Part shown: positions 9,427 to 20,389 of the stretch, in pieces
Position numbering within the stretch: position 1 is the stretch's first letter
Layout: each line of letters opens with the position of its first letter
Assembly (NCBI GenBank): GCA_937901475.1
Contig: CALGTL010000162.1
Span: forward strand, 441-64,440
Source of the DNA: an uncultured Dehalococcoidia bacterium
GTDB lineage: Bacteria > Chloroflexota > Dehalococcoidia > Lucifugimonadales > Australimonadaceae
Length of the DNA: 64,000 bases
Direction of reading: 5' to 3'
Notes under the pieces: model-generated
What the model saw: only the letters and a program-made list of their open reading frames with translations
What the model was told of the DNA's origin: nothing
Database searches by the model: none
Translations under genes and position numbers: made by a program

Positions 9427-11094
9427 ATGTCTGATCGCATTTTCATAGGCGTAGCTTGGCCTTACGCCAACGGTCCCTTACACCTCGGCCACCTTGCCGG
9501 TTGCTACCTTGCTGCCGACATCTTCGCGCGCTTCCATCGACTGAATGGTGATGAAGTCCTTATGGTCTCCGGTAGTGACTCTCACGGCACGCCCATCATG
9601 CGAAAAGCGGACGACGAGGGGATTACCCCTCGCGATGTGGTGGAGAAATACCACGCATCGTTTCTAGATTCTTTCGAGCGACTAGGCATTACCTTTGATC
9701 TGTTCACTAACACCATGACTGCCAACCATCGCGAGACTGTTTCAGACCTCATGCTGAAGCTCAATGAGAAGGGGTTGCTCTATGGTGCCACCATGAAAGT
9801 AACCTACTCACCAGAATTCCAGCGTTTCCTCCCGGATCGTTATGTACAAGGCACCTGCCCTCACTGCGCTGACCCAGATGCACGCGGCGACCAATGCGAT
9901 AGCTGCGGTCGAATACTGGACCCAATCGACCTAATCAACCCCACCTACCGACACGGTGGCAAGCAATACCCAGTAGAGATTCGTGACACAGATCATCTCT
10001 TCTATAAGCTCAGCTTCTTCCAGAATGAACTCCTTGAATGGGTCAGCAAGCAGGATCACTGGCGTCCTAACGTGAAGAATTTCACCCGGGGTTATCTATC
10101 CGAGGGCCTGAAAGACAGAGCAATCAGCCGCGACATCGACTGGGGAGTCCCCTTGCCTATCCCCGGATACGAAGAGAAGCGTATCTACGTGTGGTTCGAG
10201 GCGGTGTGCGGTTACCTGTCCGCCAGCAAGGAGTGGGCACAACGTTCCGGCAACTCCGAAGCGTGGCGCCCTTTCTGGGAAGACTCGTCCACCAAGTCTT
10301 ATTACTTCATAGGAAAGGATAATATCCCTTTCCATACAATCATCTGGCCCGCTATGCTCCTAGGCTATGGTGGACTCAATTTGCCCTATGACGTGCCATC
10401 CAACGAGTTCTTAACCCTAGAGGGTAAGCAGCTTTCCACGAGCCGTAATTGGGCTGTGTGGGTGCCTGATTACCTAGATCATCTCCCACCTGATCCGTTG
10501 AGGTATCACCTTGCAGCCACTATGCCTGAAACTGGTGATTCCGATTTCTCCTGGGCTGACTACGTCCGTCGCAACAACGACGAGTTGGTTGCCACCTTCG
10601 GCAATCTCGTACACCGCACGCTCACACAAGTGTTCCGCAATTTCGACGAGGCGGTTCCTGACCCTGACGGGACGCGCCCCGAGGACAACGAGCTCATCGC
10701 CAAGGCTGACGCGGCGCTTCAAGCTGTCGCCGAAAGCTTGAACGCCGTTCGTCTACGAGAGGCTCTCCACGGTGGAATGGGCCTAGCCCGCGAAGCGAAC
10801 AAGTACATTGACAATCAGGCCCCTTGGAAGCAGGTCAAAGAGAATAAAAACGAAGCTGCTAAGACCCTTTACACGACCATGTACGTTCTTTCAGCGCTCA
10901 AGACCATTCTCTATCCCTTTCTCCCTTTCAGTGCCCAGCGGCTCCATGAACTGCTTGGCCTCACTGGCGACGTGACCAGCGGCACATGGGCCATCGAGCG
11001 CCCGGTTCCTGGGGTGAAGATTCCGCAGCCAACACCTCTCTTCACCAAGCTTGACGACTCGGTAGCCGAAGAGATGATCGCGATGCTTGGGTAA
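9427..11094 (+). CDS. metG: Methionine--tRNA ligase
   Basis: 555 aa. Class I HIGH motif (PLHLGHLAG), zinc knuckles CPHC...CDSCG, and a KMSKS-like GKQLSTSRN. Confidence 0.93.
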   Translation: MSDRIFIGVAWPYANGPLHLGHLAGCYLAADIFARFHRLNGDEVLMVSGSDSHGTPIMRKADDEGITPRDVVEKYHASFLDSFERLGITFDLFTNTMTANHRETVSDLMLKLNEKGLLYGATMKVTYSPEFQRFLPDRYVQGTCPHCADPDARGDQCDSCGRILDPIDLINPTYRHGGKQYPVEIRDTDHLFYKLSFFQNELLEWVSKQDHWRPNVKNFTRGYLSEGLKDRAISRDIDWGVPLPIPGYEEKRIYVWFEAVCGYLSASKEWAQRSGNSEAWRPFWEDSSTKSYYFIGKDNIPFHTIIWPAMLLGYGGLNLPYDVPSNEFLTLEGKQLSTSRNWAVWVPDYLDHLPPDPLRYHLAATMPETGDSDFSWADYVRRNNDELVATFGNLVHRTLTQVFRNFDEAVPDPDGTRPEDNELIAKADAALQAVAESLNAVRLREALHGGMGLAREANKYIDNQAPWKQVKENKNEAAKTLYTTMYVLSALKTILYPFLPFSAQRLHELLGLTGDVTSGTWAIERPVPGVKIPQPTPLFTKLDDSVAEEMIAMLG

Positions 11095-11097
11095 TCT

Positions 11098-12084
11098 ATG
11101 ACAAGCACTTCTCAACCCGACATCGATTTCATCTACGAGCCTGTTCAGGATCAACTCGACATGGTGGTTGACAGCTTACGCAGCCTAGCCGGCCACGCAA
11201 AGCTGTCCGGTGAAGATGGTCTGCTGGAGCACGCAGTCGTCAGCGGAGGGAAGAAGGTTCGCCCCACAGTAACTCTCCTGGCAGGCGCACTCAGAAAGGG
11301 ACCGCAGGATAAGCTCGTGACCATGGCCACTGCAGTTGAGTTGCTGCATATAGCTACGCTCATCCACGACGACACCGTCGACAAAGCAGATACTCGCCGT
11401 GGACGCGCCACAATCAGCAACATCTGGGGCAACGACGTAGCAGTACTTCTTGGGGACTATGTATTCGCCACGTCGGCCACGTATGTGTGCGATACAGGGA
11501 ACCTCCGCGTTGTTCGGCGCTTCTCAGAAACGATCATGGAGTTGGCGCAGGGTGAACTTTCTGAGTACTTCAGCACTCACGACTGGAATCAGTCCATAGA
11601 AGAGTACACTCAGCGAATTTACAACAAGACAGCATCGCTGTTCTGTACCGCCGCAGAGACCGGAGGTGTGCTCTCCGGTGCGCCTGAAGAAGAGTGCGAA
11701 GCACTCAGCCAGTACGGCTACAACCTAGGCATGGCCTTCCAGATCATGGATGATTTGCTCGATTTCACGGGCACTGAAGAAGAGCTTGGTAAGCCCGTTG
11801 GAAACGACTTGCTTCAAGGCACTGTTACTCTGCCCGTTCTTCTCTTCGCTGAACAGAACCCTGACCTCCCCTCCATGAAGCGGCTCATCCAGGGCAGTCA
11901 GGAGCCTGAAGATCTGCGAGCGGTCGTAGACCTCGTGCGCGTCTCCAATGTAATCGACGAATCGGCAGCCGTCATGGAAAGCTACAAGCAGAAAGCGCTC
12001 GAAGCCTTAACTCTTGTCCCCAAGCACCGCGCCCGCGAGTCCCTCGCAGCCCTAACGGATTACGTCAGCCACCGCCGCAGCTAG
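11098..12084 (+). CDS. Polyprenyl diphosphate synthase (trans-IPPS, long-chain type)
   Basis: Two Asp-rich motifs, LIHDDTVD and FQIMDDLLD. It starts 3 nt after metG. Confidence 0.88.
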   Translation: MTSTSQPDIDFIYEPVQDQLDMVVDSLRSLAGHAKLSGEDGLLEHAVVSGGKKVRPTVTLLAGALRKGPQDKLVTMATAVELLHIATLIHDDTVDKADTRRGRATISNIWGNDVAVLLGDYVFATSATYVCDTGNLRVVRRFSETIMELAQGELSEYFSTHDWNQSIEEYTQRIYNKTASLFCTAAETGGVLSGAPEEECEALSQYGYNLGMAFQIMDDLLDFTGTEEELGKPVGNDLLQGTVTLPVLLFAEQNPDLPSMKRLIQGSQEPEDLRAVVDLVRVSNVIDESAAVMESYKQKALEALTLVPKHRARESLAALTDYVSHRRS

Positions 12085-12224
12085 GCAGGGGTCCGTTTTC
12101 AAAGCCAGGCAAAGGAGGCACAGGACTCTTAGCGAGTCCTTGAGCTTTTACTCCTTTACCAAGGCTAAAAAGTCGATCTGCGATTCGAGGGCGACCACTA
12201 GTGGATGCCAGGGATACTATGCCG

Positions 12225-13217
12225 CTAACTCTGGCGTTCTTTGCCTAACACAGCGCTATTCGCGACCATCATCGGCTCCCCTGCGATCCAAGCGTTGATG
12301 TTCGCGACCGCACCCTGATAGAAGTTCCCCAGCCCTTCCAAACTGGCATACCCGAGATGGGGTGTCAGCACCACGTTGTTGAGAGGTAGCAAGGGATGGT
12401 CTTTGGAAATTGGCTCACTGTCATAGACGTCAATCGCCGCACCAGCAATGGTTCGGTTTCGTAGTACGTCAATTAGCGCCTCGGTCTGCACAATAGGCCC
12501 GCGTGAAGTATTCACTAGGTACGCCGTTGGCTTCATCAATCCCAGCTCACGAGCGCCAACCCAACCGCGACTTTCATCGCTCAACGGCACGTGGATCGTT
12601 ACCACATCGGATTGCTTGAAAAGTTCGTCCCAGGGCACATAGCTGGCACCCGCAGCCTTTGCCAGCTCAGGCGTCAGTGATCGGCTCCATGCGATGACAT
12701 TCATACCAAAAGCGTTCGCAATCTTTGACATGGGCGCACCGATGCCACCGAGTCCGATGATGCCCAGTGTTTTACCCGAGAGGCCAGAGCCCATCCGGGT
12801 CTGCCAGCGACCCTCTCGGATTTCACGGTCTTCCCAAGAGATGTGGCGCATCAGGTCAATGATTAAACCCCAAGCCAGCTCCATGGTGGGTCCGCCTGGC
12901 CCAACACCCGATGACCCACTGGTGCTCGTCACCAAGATTCCGAGGCGAGTGCAGGCATCCATATCCACATGCGGTTGTCGACCACCCGTCCCAGACAACA
13001 TCTTCAGGTTAGGGAGTCGACTAACGACCACTGCAGGGAATGGGGTGCGCTCACGCATCATCTGCACGACATCAAATCCTTGCAGTATTTTCACGAGCGC
13101 GTCCGGCTCCGCGACGTGGTTTTTGAAGTAAACCACCTCTGAGTCAGGAATTGAGTCCCAATCAGCGAGGTTCTTCGCATTCTCAGCGTAGTCATCTAAC
13201 ACAGCGATACGAATCAT
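12225..13217 (-). CDS. D-isomer-specific 2-hydroxyacid dehydrogenase family protein
   Basis: NAD-binding GIIGLGGIG, and NTSRGPIV...DVYDSEP...TPHLGYAS, characteristic of the D-2-HADH family. Substrate unknown. Confidence 0.85.
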   Translation of the reverse strand: MIRIAVLDDYAENAKNLADWDSIPDSEVVYFKNHVAEPDALVKILQGFDVVQMMRERTPFPAVVVSRLPNLKMLSGTGGRQPHVDMDACTRLGILVTSTSGSSGVGPGGPTMELAWGLIIDLMRHISWEDREIREGRWQTRMGSGLSGKTLGIIGLGGIGAPMSKIANAFGMNVIAWSRSLTPELAKAAGASYVPWDELFKQSDVVTIHVPLSDESRGWVGARELGLMKPTAYLVNTSRGPIVQTEALIDVLRNRTIAGAAIDVYDSEPISKDHPLLPLNNVVLTPHLGYASLEGLGNFYQGAVANINAWIAGEPMMVANSAVLGKERQS

Positions 13218-13288
13218 CGAGTGTCTCCTGTGGGTGGTCTATCGCCAGCCTTCTCGGAACAGGCTGCCCTTCAGCAACAGCCTTGCCG

Positions 13289-13678
13289 CTAGCCGGCAAG
13301 CGCTGCGCGAGCAATCTCTTCATCTAGAGGGCCACCGGGGGCACCGCTGACGCCAACAGCTCCGATGCAGCATCCATCCTCTATGATTGGCTCGCCGCCT
13401 TGAGCAAAAATCGCGCCCATGTGAATGAGTTGGTACTGGAAAACGGGACGTCCAGCGCGCTCAACGCTGTCAGCTGTTGAGCTCTTCGTACCTGCGGCGG
13501 CCTTAGCCTTACCAAGCGCGATATCATTGGTAGTAAACCAGGCGCCGTCCATCTTGAGGAAGCCTTTCATCAGGCCGTTCTCATCGACAACGCAGATCGA
13601 AACAGGGAAGCCCATTGCGGTGGATTTCGCCTCTGCAGCATCGATGATTTGCTTCGTCTTCTGTGTAGTTAGCGACAT
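13289..13678 (-). CDS. GlcG/HbpS-like (DUF336) heme-binding family protein
   Basis: 129 aa, with the C-terminal pattern GGEPII..G..IGAVGVSGAPGGPLDEEIA typical of DUF336. GGAGGA sits ahead of the ATG. Confidence 0.7.
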   Translation of the reverse strand: MSLTTQKTKQIIDAAEAKSTAMGFPVSICVVDENGLMKGFLKMDGAWFTTNDIALGKAKAAAGTKSSTADSVERAGRPVFQYQLIHMGAIFAQGGEPIIEDGCCIGAVGVSGAPGGPLDEEIARAALAG

Positions 13679-13713
13679 GTAAGTCTCCTCCGCTTATTGA
13701 TTGGTACAGCAGG

Positions 13714-14601
13714 CTAAGCCAGCACTCCACGTGCGGCGTCGAGTTGATCTTCGGCGTGGTAGGAAGAGCGCACTAATGGGCCAGAAGCAACATGCTTGAA
13801 ACCTAACTCCATGCCCTCATCCTCAATTTCCTTGAACTCTAAGGGATGGTAGAAGCGATCCATTTCCACGTGGCCTTTGCTCGGACGCAAGTACTGGCCC
13901 ACTGTAAGCAAGTCAACCCCCGCTGCACGTAGATCATTCATCGTCTGTGACAGCTCTTGGCGGGTTTCTCCCAGGCCCACCATAATTCCGCTCTTCGTCG
14001 GGATATGAGGATGAGATTTCTTAGAAACCTTGAGTAATTCCAACGAGAGGTCATAGTCGCCCTTGGCGCGTACGGCTTTAAACACGCGCCGCACGGTCTC
14101 AATGTTGTGATTAAGCACGGCTGGGCCTGCATCCAAAACGGTTCCGAGATCAACCCAGTGCCCCTGGAAATCGGGAATAAGCACTTCAACTTCGCAAGTA
14201 GGCAGTCTCTCATGCACCTGTCGGATACTTTCCGCGAACACCCATGCACCGCCATCAGGCAGGTCGTCGCGATCAACGGATGTAATGACGCAGTAGCGCA
14301 AGCCTAGCTGCCCAACAGTACGTCCTAATCTCCCTGGCTCTTCGAGATCAAGCCCTGCAGGTTTTCCACTGGTGACTGCGCAATATCGACATGCGCGAGT
14401 GCACACTTCACCCAGGATCATGAACGTTGCGCTCTTTTTATCCCAGCATTCACCGATGTTGGGGCAATGCGCTTCCTCGCAAACGGTGCTGAGTTCAGCC
14501 ATGCGCAGCTTCTTGCGCAGATCCAAAAACCCGGGACTGCCAGGCATTTGCACTTTGAGCCAGTCGGGTAATCGTCGTACGGGCAGCGGTTCAGATGTCA
14601 T
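13714..14601 (-). CDS. lipA: Lipoyl synthase
   Basis: Two cluster motifs, CEEAHCPNIGEC and the radical-SAM CTRACRYC. 295 aa. Confidence 0.93.
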   Translation of the reverse strand: MTSEPLPVRRLPDWLKVQMPGSPGFLDLRKKLRMAELSTVCEEAHCPNIGECWDKKSATFMILGEVCTRACRYCAVTSGKPAGLDLEEPGRLGRTVGQLGLRYCVITSVDRDDLPDGGAWVFAESIRQVHERLPTCEVEVLIPDFQGHWVDLGTVLDAGPAVLNHNIETVRRVFKAVRAKGDYDLSLELLKVSKKSHPHIPTKSGIMVGLGETRQELSQTMNDLRAAGVDLLTVGQYLRPSKGHVEMDRFYHPLEFKEIEDEGMELGFKHVASGPLVRSSYHAEDQLDAARGVLA

Positions 14602-14728
14602 CGGGTAGTGTCACCTCATCTTCCCATCAGGGGCAAAAGCAAATGTTACCATCGCAACAGTCACTACTTGAGTCGTTCCCATTGCCTGGGCCCCGATGGT
14701 AGCGAATCTGAGTCACAACAGGCCCATC

Positions 14729-16159
14729 TTACCTACGCTTTACTGGAACATGGCCAAGCCCGCACTCCGCCATGGCTTGGCGCAAGCTATCAACCCCCAA
14801 CACACGCAGGCCTGGTACATCACCGACTTGGCTTGCGCTATTTTTAGGTACTACTGCCGTTTTGAATCCATGCCGAACAGCCTCCGTCAATCGGCGTTCA
14901 ATCTGTGGAATGCGCCGTATCTCACCGTTCAATCCGACCTCTCCGAGGAGAACCGTGTCAGGGTCAAGTGCCACATCTAAGTAACTTGAGGCCATAGCTA
15001 GGGCTAATCCTAGATCGCTTGCGGGCTCATTCACTTTCAATCCACCGGGGACATTCACCATGATGTCCTGATTGCCCAGACTCAGACTACAGCGACGTGT
15101 TAGCACTGCCGAAATCATAGCCATTCGATTGAAATCCACTCCATTTGCTGTTCGGCGCGGAGGGGAGAAAGTAGACATGTTCGTCAGCGCCTGCACCTCC
15201 GACAGCAAAGGCCTGCTGCCCTCTAATGTCACGATTACCGCCGAGCCAGGTACAGCTCGCTGGCGTTCCGCGATTAGCGCAGCGGAAGGGTCGCTGACCT
15301 CAGACAAGCCATCTCCACTCATCTCTAGAAGCGCAACGTCATTGGTAGAGCCGAATCGATTCTTTGTGCAACGCAGCATTCGGTAGCTACCCATCTCATC
15401 GCCATCCATGTATAAAACCACATCCACCATGTGCTCCAGCACACGTGGGCCAGCGATATTACCGTCCTTCGTAACATGCCCTGCTAGGAACAGGGGCACA
15501 CCACTTGTCTTCGCCCAGCCCAACAACACCTGCGCAGAGTCACGCACCTGCGCCACGCTACCTGCACCAGATGCAGTGCCCTCGAGGTACAGCGTTTGAA
15601 TGGAGTCAATAATCACCAGCTTGGGACGCTCGCTCTCAAGTAGAGCGACGACGCTTTCCACGTTCGTTTCGCCCGCAAACAACAAGCTAGGCGCCTCTGC
15701 ACCAATGCGGGAAGCCCTCATGCGCACCTGCGCGCCGGACTCCTCACCAGAAACGTACAGTACTTTCCCTCCAGCATTCGCAATCCGAGCCGCAGCTTGC
15801 AGCAGCAGTGTCGATTTGCCGATGCCAGGGTCGCCAGCCAGCAACATCACAGACCCTGCAACAATTCCCCCGCCCAATAAGCGATCTAGCTCCGGCATGC
15901 CCAGGCCGGTGCGCAGCTCATCGCCACCTGGCTGATCACCCAGAGGCAATACTGTCACCAAAGGAGCAAGCATAGGGCCGCCCACACGCCTGGCCATGGC
16001 GGTAGCACCGACTGCGGGGCGCTTGGATTCGCTGAATTCAACGTAGGTTCCCCAAGCTCCACAACCTGGGCAGCGTCCGTCCCATTTCGGGCTAGTGTGG
16101 CCGCAGTCCTGGCAAAGGAATGTGGTTCTCGTCTTGGCGGCTTTCGAGTTTGGTGGCAT
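14729..16159 (-). CDS. radA: DNA repair protein RadA
   Basis: N-terminal zinc ribbon FLCQDCGH...CPGCGAWGT, Walker A GDPGIGKST, and a Lon-like C-terminal domain. I use ATG 16159 (MPPNSKAAK...) instead of the upstream track start at 16195. Confidence 0.92.
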   Translation of the reverse strand: MPPNSKAAKTRTTFLCQDCGHTSPKWDGRCPGCGAWGTYVEFSESKRPAVGATAMARRVGGPMLAPLVTVLPLGDQPGGDELRTGLGMPELDRLLGGGIVAGSVMLLAGDPGIGKSTLLLQAAARIANAGGKVLYVSGEESGAQVRMRASRIGAEAPSLLFAGETNVESVVALLESERPKLVIIDSIQTLYLEGTASGAGSVAQVRDSAQVLLGWAKTSGVPLFLAGHVTKDGNIAGPRVLEHMVDVVLYMDGDEMGSYRMLRCTKNRFGSTNDVALLEMSGDGLSEVSDPSAALIAERQRAVPGSAVIVTLEGSRPLLSEVQALTNMSTFSPPRRTANGVDFNRMAMISAVLTRRCSLSLGNQDIMVNVPGGLKVNEPASDLGLALAMASSYLDVALDPDTVLLGEVGLNGEIRRIPQIERRLTEAVRHGFKTAVVPKNSASQVGDVPGLRVLGVDSLRQAMAECGLGHVPVKRR

Positions 16160-16238
16160 GCCCGCATCCTCACCCATTAGACAACCACCATGCAAGAGGC
16201 AAATGCCTCTTTTATCGGCGGCCCCCTCATTGGCTCAA

Positions 16239-16276
16239 ACAAAAAAAGAGGGGAAAGCAAATGCTTTCCCCTCTTT
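16239..16276 (-). terminator. Rho-independent terminator downstream of clpC
   Basis: Perfect 14-bp stem (AAAGAGGGGAAAGC / GCTTTCCCCTCTTT) with a 4-nt loop. On the minus strand it is followed by a T run (plus-strand A run at 16239-16247). It lies 21 nt after the clpC stop. Confidence 0.8.
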
Positions 16277-16296
16277 TGTATCAGCGGTTGACCCGT

Positions 16297-18771
16297 CTAC
16301 TTCGCAGCAGCGACTTCAATCACCGGCCCAACGCTCAGAGTGTCGTCGTCAGTGTTGACATCGACCATGACTGTGTCACCAGGGTTGTATGTGCCATTCA
16401 AAACGGCATCAGACAACGGGTCTTCAATATTGTGCTCGATAACCCTGCGCAGTGGGCGGGCACCGAATGTGGGGTCGTAGCCCTTCTCACCAAGCCATGC
16501 CTTTGCAGCATCGCTAACCTCAAGGCTTAGGCCTTTCTCCAGCATGGGCTTGCGCACTTCATTCAGCATCAGGTCAACGATGCTAACGATGTGCTCCTTA
16601 GTCAACGCATGGAAGACCAGCTGTCCATCGATACGGTTCAAGAATTCAGGACGGAAGAATCGCTTGACCTCTTCGTCCACTTTACCCTTCATCTTCAGGT
16701 AGGCACCGGCCGCTTCCTGATCGTCCGTCATCGTGTGTGAAAAGCCGATGGAGGTATCACGCTTGATGAGATCCGAGCCGATATTGGATGTCATCACGAT
16801 AATAGTATTACGGAAGTCCACCTTGCGACCCTTGGCATCGGTTAGATGACCGTCGTCAAAAATCTGCAGGAGAATATTGAACACATCTGGGTGAGCTTTC
16901 TCAATCTCGTCGAACAGGATGCAACTGTAATTCCTCCGGCGGATAGCATCTGTCAATTGACCGCCCTCGTCGTAGCCTACGTAGCCTGGAGGTGCACCGA
17001 CCAAACGGGCAACCGTGTGGCGCTCCATAAATTCAGACATGTCCAGGCGAATCATGGCGTCGTCTGAGCCAAACATAAACTCAGACAGCGCCCTAACCAG
17101 CTCGGTCTTGCCAACACCAGTGGGGCCTAGGAACAAAAAGCTACCAATAGGCCTACGCGGATCCTTCAACCCCGAACGCGCTCGACGTACCGCCTTAGAG
17201 ATGCTAACGATCGCTTCATCCTGGCCGATAATCCTATGGTGAATATGATCTTCCATGTGCAGCAAGCGCTCAGTTTCCTCTACCGCCATTCGGGTAACAG
17301 GAATACCGGTCCACATGCTAACTACTTCCGCAATCTCCTCGGCGCTCACAACCGGTTGTTCGTTTGTTGAATTCGCTTGAAACTCACTCTGAATTTGCTC
17401 CAGCTTGTCCGCGAGCTTCAGCTCCCGGTCGCGCAATTCAGCCGCGTACTCGTACTGCTGCTGAGCAATTGCCTCGTCCTTTTCGTGACGAACAGTCTCA
17501 AGCCCTTTCTGTGATTCCTTCACCGGCAGCGGGGTCCCGCTGTTACGGATGCGTACACGAGAGCCTGCTTCATCCATGAGGTCGATTGCTTTATCCGGCA
17601 AGAAACGATCCGCGATGAATCGCGATGCCAAAGTTGACGCAGCCACTAAGGCTTCATCCTCGATAATCACACCATGGTGCTCCTCGAATTTGCTCTTAAT
17701 TCCACGGAGAATATCCACAGTCTCTTCAGTTGAGGGCTCTTCTACATTGACCGGTTGGAACCGACGCTCCAACGCGGGGTCGCGCTCGACGTATTTACGG
17801 TAGTCATCAGTAGTCGTCGCGCCGATGGTTTGCAATTCACCTCGGGCCAATGAAGGCTTGAGGATGTTCGCAGCGTCAACCGCGCCTTCCGCAGCGCCAG
17901 CACCAACCATCGTGTGCATTTCATCGATGAATAGGATGCAGTTGCCCGCCGCCTTAATTTCCTCGATGACTTTCTTCAAACGTTCTTCGAACTCACCACG
18001 GTACTTGGTACCTGCAACCAACGCCCCCATGTCTAGCGTGACCACCCGCTTGTTAGCAAGGCTGTCGGGGACATCGCCGCTAACCACGTGATGCGCCAAT
18101 GCTTCTACGATGGCCGTCTTACCAACACCAGGAGGTCCAATGAGGACAGGGTTGTTCTTCGTGCGGCGGCTCAAGATCTGGATAACCCTAGCAATCTCCT
18201 TGCTGCGGCCGATTACCGGGTCAATTTTGCCTGCCCTTGACGCGGCCGTAAGGTCGATACCCAATTGATCAAGGGTTGGTGTGCGTGTGCTAGCACCCCC
18301 AGCACGCTGCCCCTGTCCCTGGGAAACGCTCTGATTCAGGATGCGAGTGGTCTCCGCACGGACCTTGTCGAGTGAAACCCCTAGGCTTTCGAGGACCCCA
18401 GCAGCCACTCCTTCACCCTCGCGCATGATGCCAATAAGCAAGTGCTCTGTGCCGATGTAGTGGTGACTCAAGCGACGAGCCTCATCGACTGCCAACTCGA
18501 TGACTTTCTTGGCGCGAGGCGTCAGGCCGATGTCACCAGGGGATGGGCGCTCACCCCTACCGATAATAAATTCAACCGCGGAGCGTACTTTCGACAACTC
18601 CACTCCAAGGCTGCTCAGAACGCGAGCGGCTACTCCATCGGTCTCCCGTACGAGGCCAAGCAAGATATGTTCAGTACCTATGTAGTTGTGATTAAAGCGC
18701 TGCGCTTCTTCCTGTGCCAGTGACAGCACTCTCCGGGCGCGCTCTGAGAACTTTTCAAATCTGCTTGCCAT
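16297..18771 (-). CDS. clpC: ATP-dependent Clp protease ATP-binding subunit ClpC
   Basis: 824 aa. Duplicated Clp N-domain ([16 protein letters not shown]...), two AAA+ modules (GPPGVGKT and GPTGVGKT) and a UVR-like middle region. Confidence 0.93.
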   Translation of the reverse strand: MASRFEKFSERARRVLSLAQEEAQRFNHNYIGTEHILLGLVRETDGVAARVLSSLGVELSKVRSAVEFIIGRGERPSPGDIGLTPRAKKVIELAVDEARRLSHHYIGTEHLLIGIMREGEGVAAGVLESLGVSLDKVRAETTRILNQSVSQGQGQRAGGASTRTPTLDQLGIDLTAASRAGKIDPVIGRSKEIARVIQILSRRTKNNPVLIGPPGVGKTAIVEALAHHVVSGDVPDSLANKRVVTLDMGALVAGTKYRGEFEERLKKVIEEIKAAGNCILFIDEMHTMVGAGAAEGAVDAANILKPSLARGELQTIGATTTDDYRKYVERDPALERRFQPVNVEEPSTEETVDILRGIKSKFEEHHGVIIEDEALVAASTLASRFIADRFLPDKAIDLMDEAGSRVRIRNSGTPLPVKESQKGLETVRHEKDEAIAQQQYEYAAELRDRELKLADKLEQIQSEFQANSTNEQPVVSAEEIAEVVSMWTGIPVTRMAVEETERLLHMEDHIHHRIIGQDEAIVSISKAVRRARSGLKDPRRPIGSFLFLGPTGVGKTELVRALSEFMFGSDDAMIRLDMSEFMERHTVARLVGAPPGYVGYDEGGQLTDAIRRRNYSCILFDEIEKAHPDVFNILLQIFDDGHLTDAKGRKVDFRNTIIVMTSNIGSDLIKRDTSIGFSHTMTDDQEAAGAYLKMKGKVDEEVKRFFRPEFLNRIDGQLVFHALTKEHIVSIVDLMLNEVRKPMLEKGLSLEVSDAAKAWLGEKGYDPTFGARPLRRVIEHNIEDPLSDAVLNGTYNPGDTVMVDVNTDDDTLSVGPVIEVAAAK

Positions 18772-18791
18772 GATCTAGGTCCATCCTTGAT

Positions 18792-20015
18792 CTACGAGTC
18801 GTTTTCGTCAGCCTCAGGTCCCTCAACATTGTCCACGGTTACTTCACTTGATGTACCAAGAACGAACAACGGCGCAGGCTCTGGCTCTGGGTCACGGTAC
18901 TCTGTCGGTGTTGCTTCAATCTCCGCCTGTTTCAGGCTGAGTCCGAGTCGGTGTCGGTCGGAGTCCAGGCTGACAATCTTCAACGATATTGAATCACCAA
19001 CCCCAACCACTTCCTTTGGGTGACGGATTTGCCTATCAGTCAATTCCGATATATGTATGAGGCCTTCAACAGCATCATCGATGCGGGCAAAGGCGCCAAA
19101 GTCAGTCAATTTCGTAATCACCCCTGTGACCACCTGACCGACAACGAACTGCCCTGCTGCACGGTCCCAAGGAGTAGCTTCCAGTCGTCTAAGGCTAAGA
19201 GCGATGCGCCTCGCCTCACGATCGACTCGGAGAATATAGACATCCACTTCTTGGCCAGGCTTGACTACATCTTCTACCGAGGCCACCGGGGACCAAGAAA
19301 GTTCAGAAATGTGAATCAATCCGTCCGCGCCACCTAAATCAACGAACGCTCCGAAACTAGACGTTCCCGTGACGCGCCCATGACGAGTTTCCCCTTCGGC
19401 AAGCGAGTCGAGCAATTGGTCTTTTGCGCCCTCGCGTTGCTCGCGGTTCGCTGCGCGCTCCGAAAGCACCGCGCGGTTGCGACGACGATTAACCTCAAGG
19501 ACCTTTACTGTGATTTCCTCACCTAAGCGGCCAGCGAGAACTGCCTCGTGATCAGAGCCTGGAGGGACAATCGTCTGAGAAAGAGGAATGAATGCCTGCA
19601 AGCCGCCCACGTCCACAACAGCTCCACCACGGTTGAAGCCCGTGATTTTTGCCTGAGTCGTGCCGCCGCTTTCTACGAGATCCTCAAGAAGCCCCCACAC
19701 TGATTCGCCCCGGGCCTTGTCAATCGACAGCAGAATGTGTCCATCTACATGTGAAGCATCCAGAACTAAAACTTGAACCGTAGAACCTACTTGGTAAAGT
19801 GCCTCTGAAGAGGGCGTGATCGAGCGCGCTTCGCGTTGCGGCACTACTCCTTCAGACTTATGGCCGATCGAAACTAGGATTCCGTCAGAATCCATGCGCA
19901 TAATCTGCCCTTCGACCACGTCGCCACGGCGCAATTCCTGCTGCGCCTCAGATTCCTCAAGTAGCTCGGCCATCGTTGGCTGCAATTGAAGGCCGACCTC
20001 TGGCTCATCAGCCAT
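18792..20015 (-). CDS. rpsA: 30S ribosomal protein S1 (four S1 domains, acidic C-terminal tail)
   Basis: Repeated S1-domain patterns (G.VV.G.V....FGAFV.L.G.DGLIHISEL). It ends 20 nt upstream of the clpC start. Confidence 0.9.
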   Translation of the reverse strand: MADEPEVGLQLQPTMAELLEESEAQQELRRGDVVEGQIMRMDSDGILVSIGHKSEGVVPQREARSITPSSEALYQVGSTVQVLVLDASHVDGHILLSIDKARGESVWGLLEDLVESGGTTQAKITGFNRGGAVVDVGGLQAFIPLSQTIVPPGSDHEAVLAGRLGEEITVKVLEVNRRRNRAVLSERAANREQREGAKDQLLDSLAEGETRHGRVTGTSSFGAFVDLGGADGLIHISELSWSPVASVEDVVKPGQEVDVYILRVDREARRIALSLRRLEATPWDRAAGQFVVGQVVTGVITKLTDFGAFARIDDAVEGLIHISELTDRQIRHPKEVVGVGDSISLKIVSLDSDRHRLGLSLKQAEIEATPTEYRDPEPEPAPLFVLGTSSEVTVDNVEGPEADENDS

Positions 20016-20199
20016 AATGACCCCGCTTTAAGGCCTATTTGCCTGTTACAAGTTTACGCGCGCACGGAGAAAGCTGTCTACCCGACATCCTCCCTCGTTT
20101 AGGAGTCGTGGTGGGATCCATAAGATTCCACGCCTAGGTCTCCGTGTTGATATGTACACCCGTAGCAAATAAGTGGCTTCTCCCCTAACCGCAAGCACT

Positions 20200-20241
20200 A
20201 GAAAAAGAACAAAGAAATGCCCGGGTGCGTAACACCCGGGC
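20200..20241 (-). terminator. Rho-independent terminator downstream of the 5S rRNA gene
   Basis: Hairpin GCCCGGGTG-cgtaa-CACCCGGGC at 20219-20241. On the minus strand it is followed by the T-rich tract ATTTCTTTGTTCTTTTTC. It begins 16 nt after the 5S 3' end. Confidence 0.6.
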
Positions 20242-20257
20242 TTGATTCAAAAAAATA

Positions 20258-20379
20258 GCTCCTGGCGATGGCCTATTTTCCCAGCTAGTCGCCCAACCAG
20301 TATCGTCGGCGCTAAAGCGTTTCACTGCCGTGTTCGGGATGGGAACGGGTGGTGCCGCTTCGCTCTAATCACCAAAAGC
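20258..20379 (-). rRNA. rrf: 5S ribosomal RNA
   Basis: The reverse complement reads GCUUUUGGUGAUUAGAGCGAAGCGGCACCACCCGUUCCCAUCCCGAACACGGCAGUGAAACGCUUUAGCGCCGACGAUACUGG...CCAUCGCCAGGAGC. It carries the conserved CCGAAC...GUGAAAC and GCGCCGA blocks of bacterial 5S, and a 12-bp terminal helix I forms between the 5' and 3' ends. Length about 122 nt. Confidence 0.85.
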
Positions 20380-20389
20380 TAATAGAGAT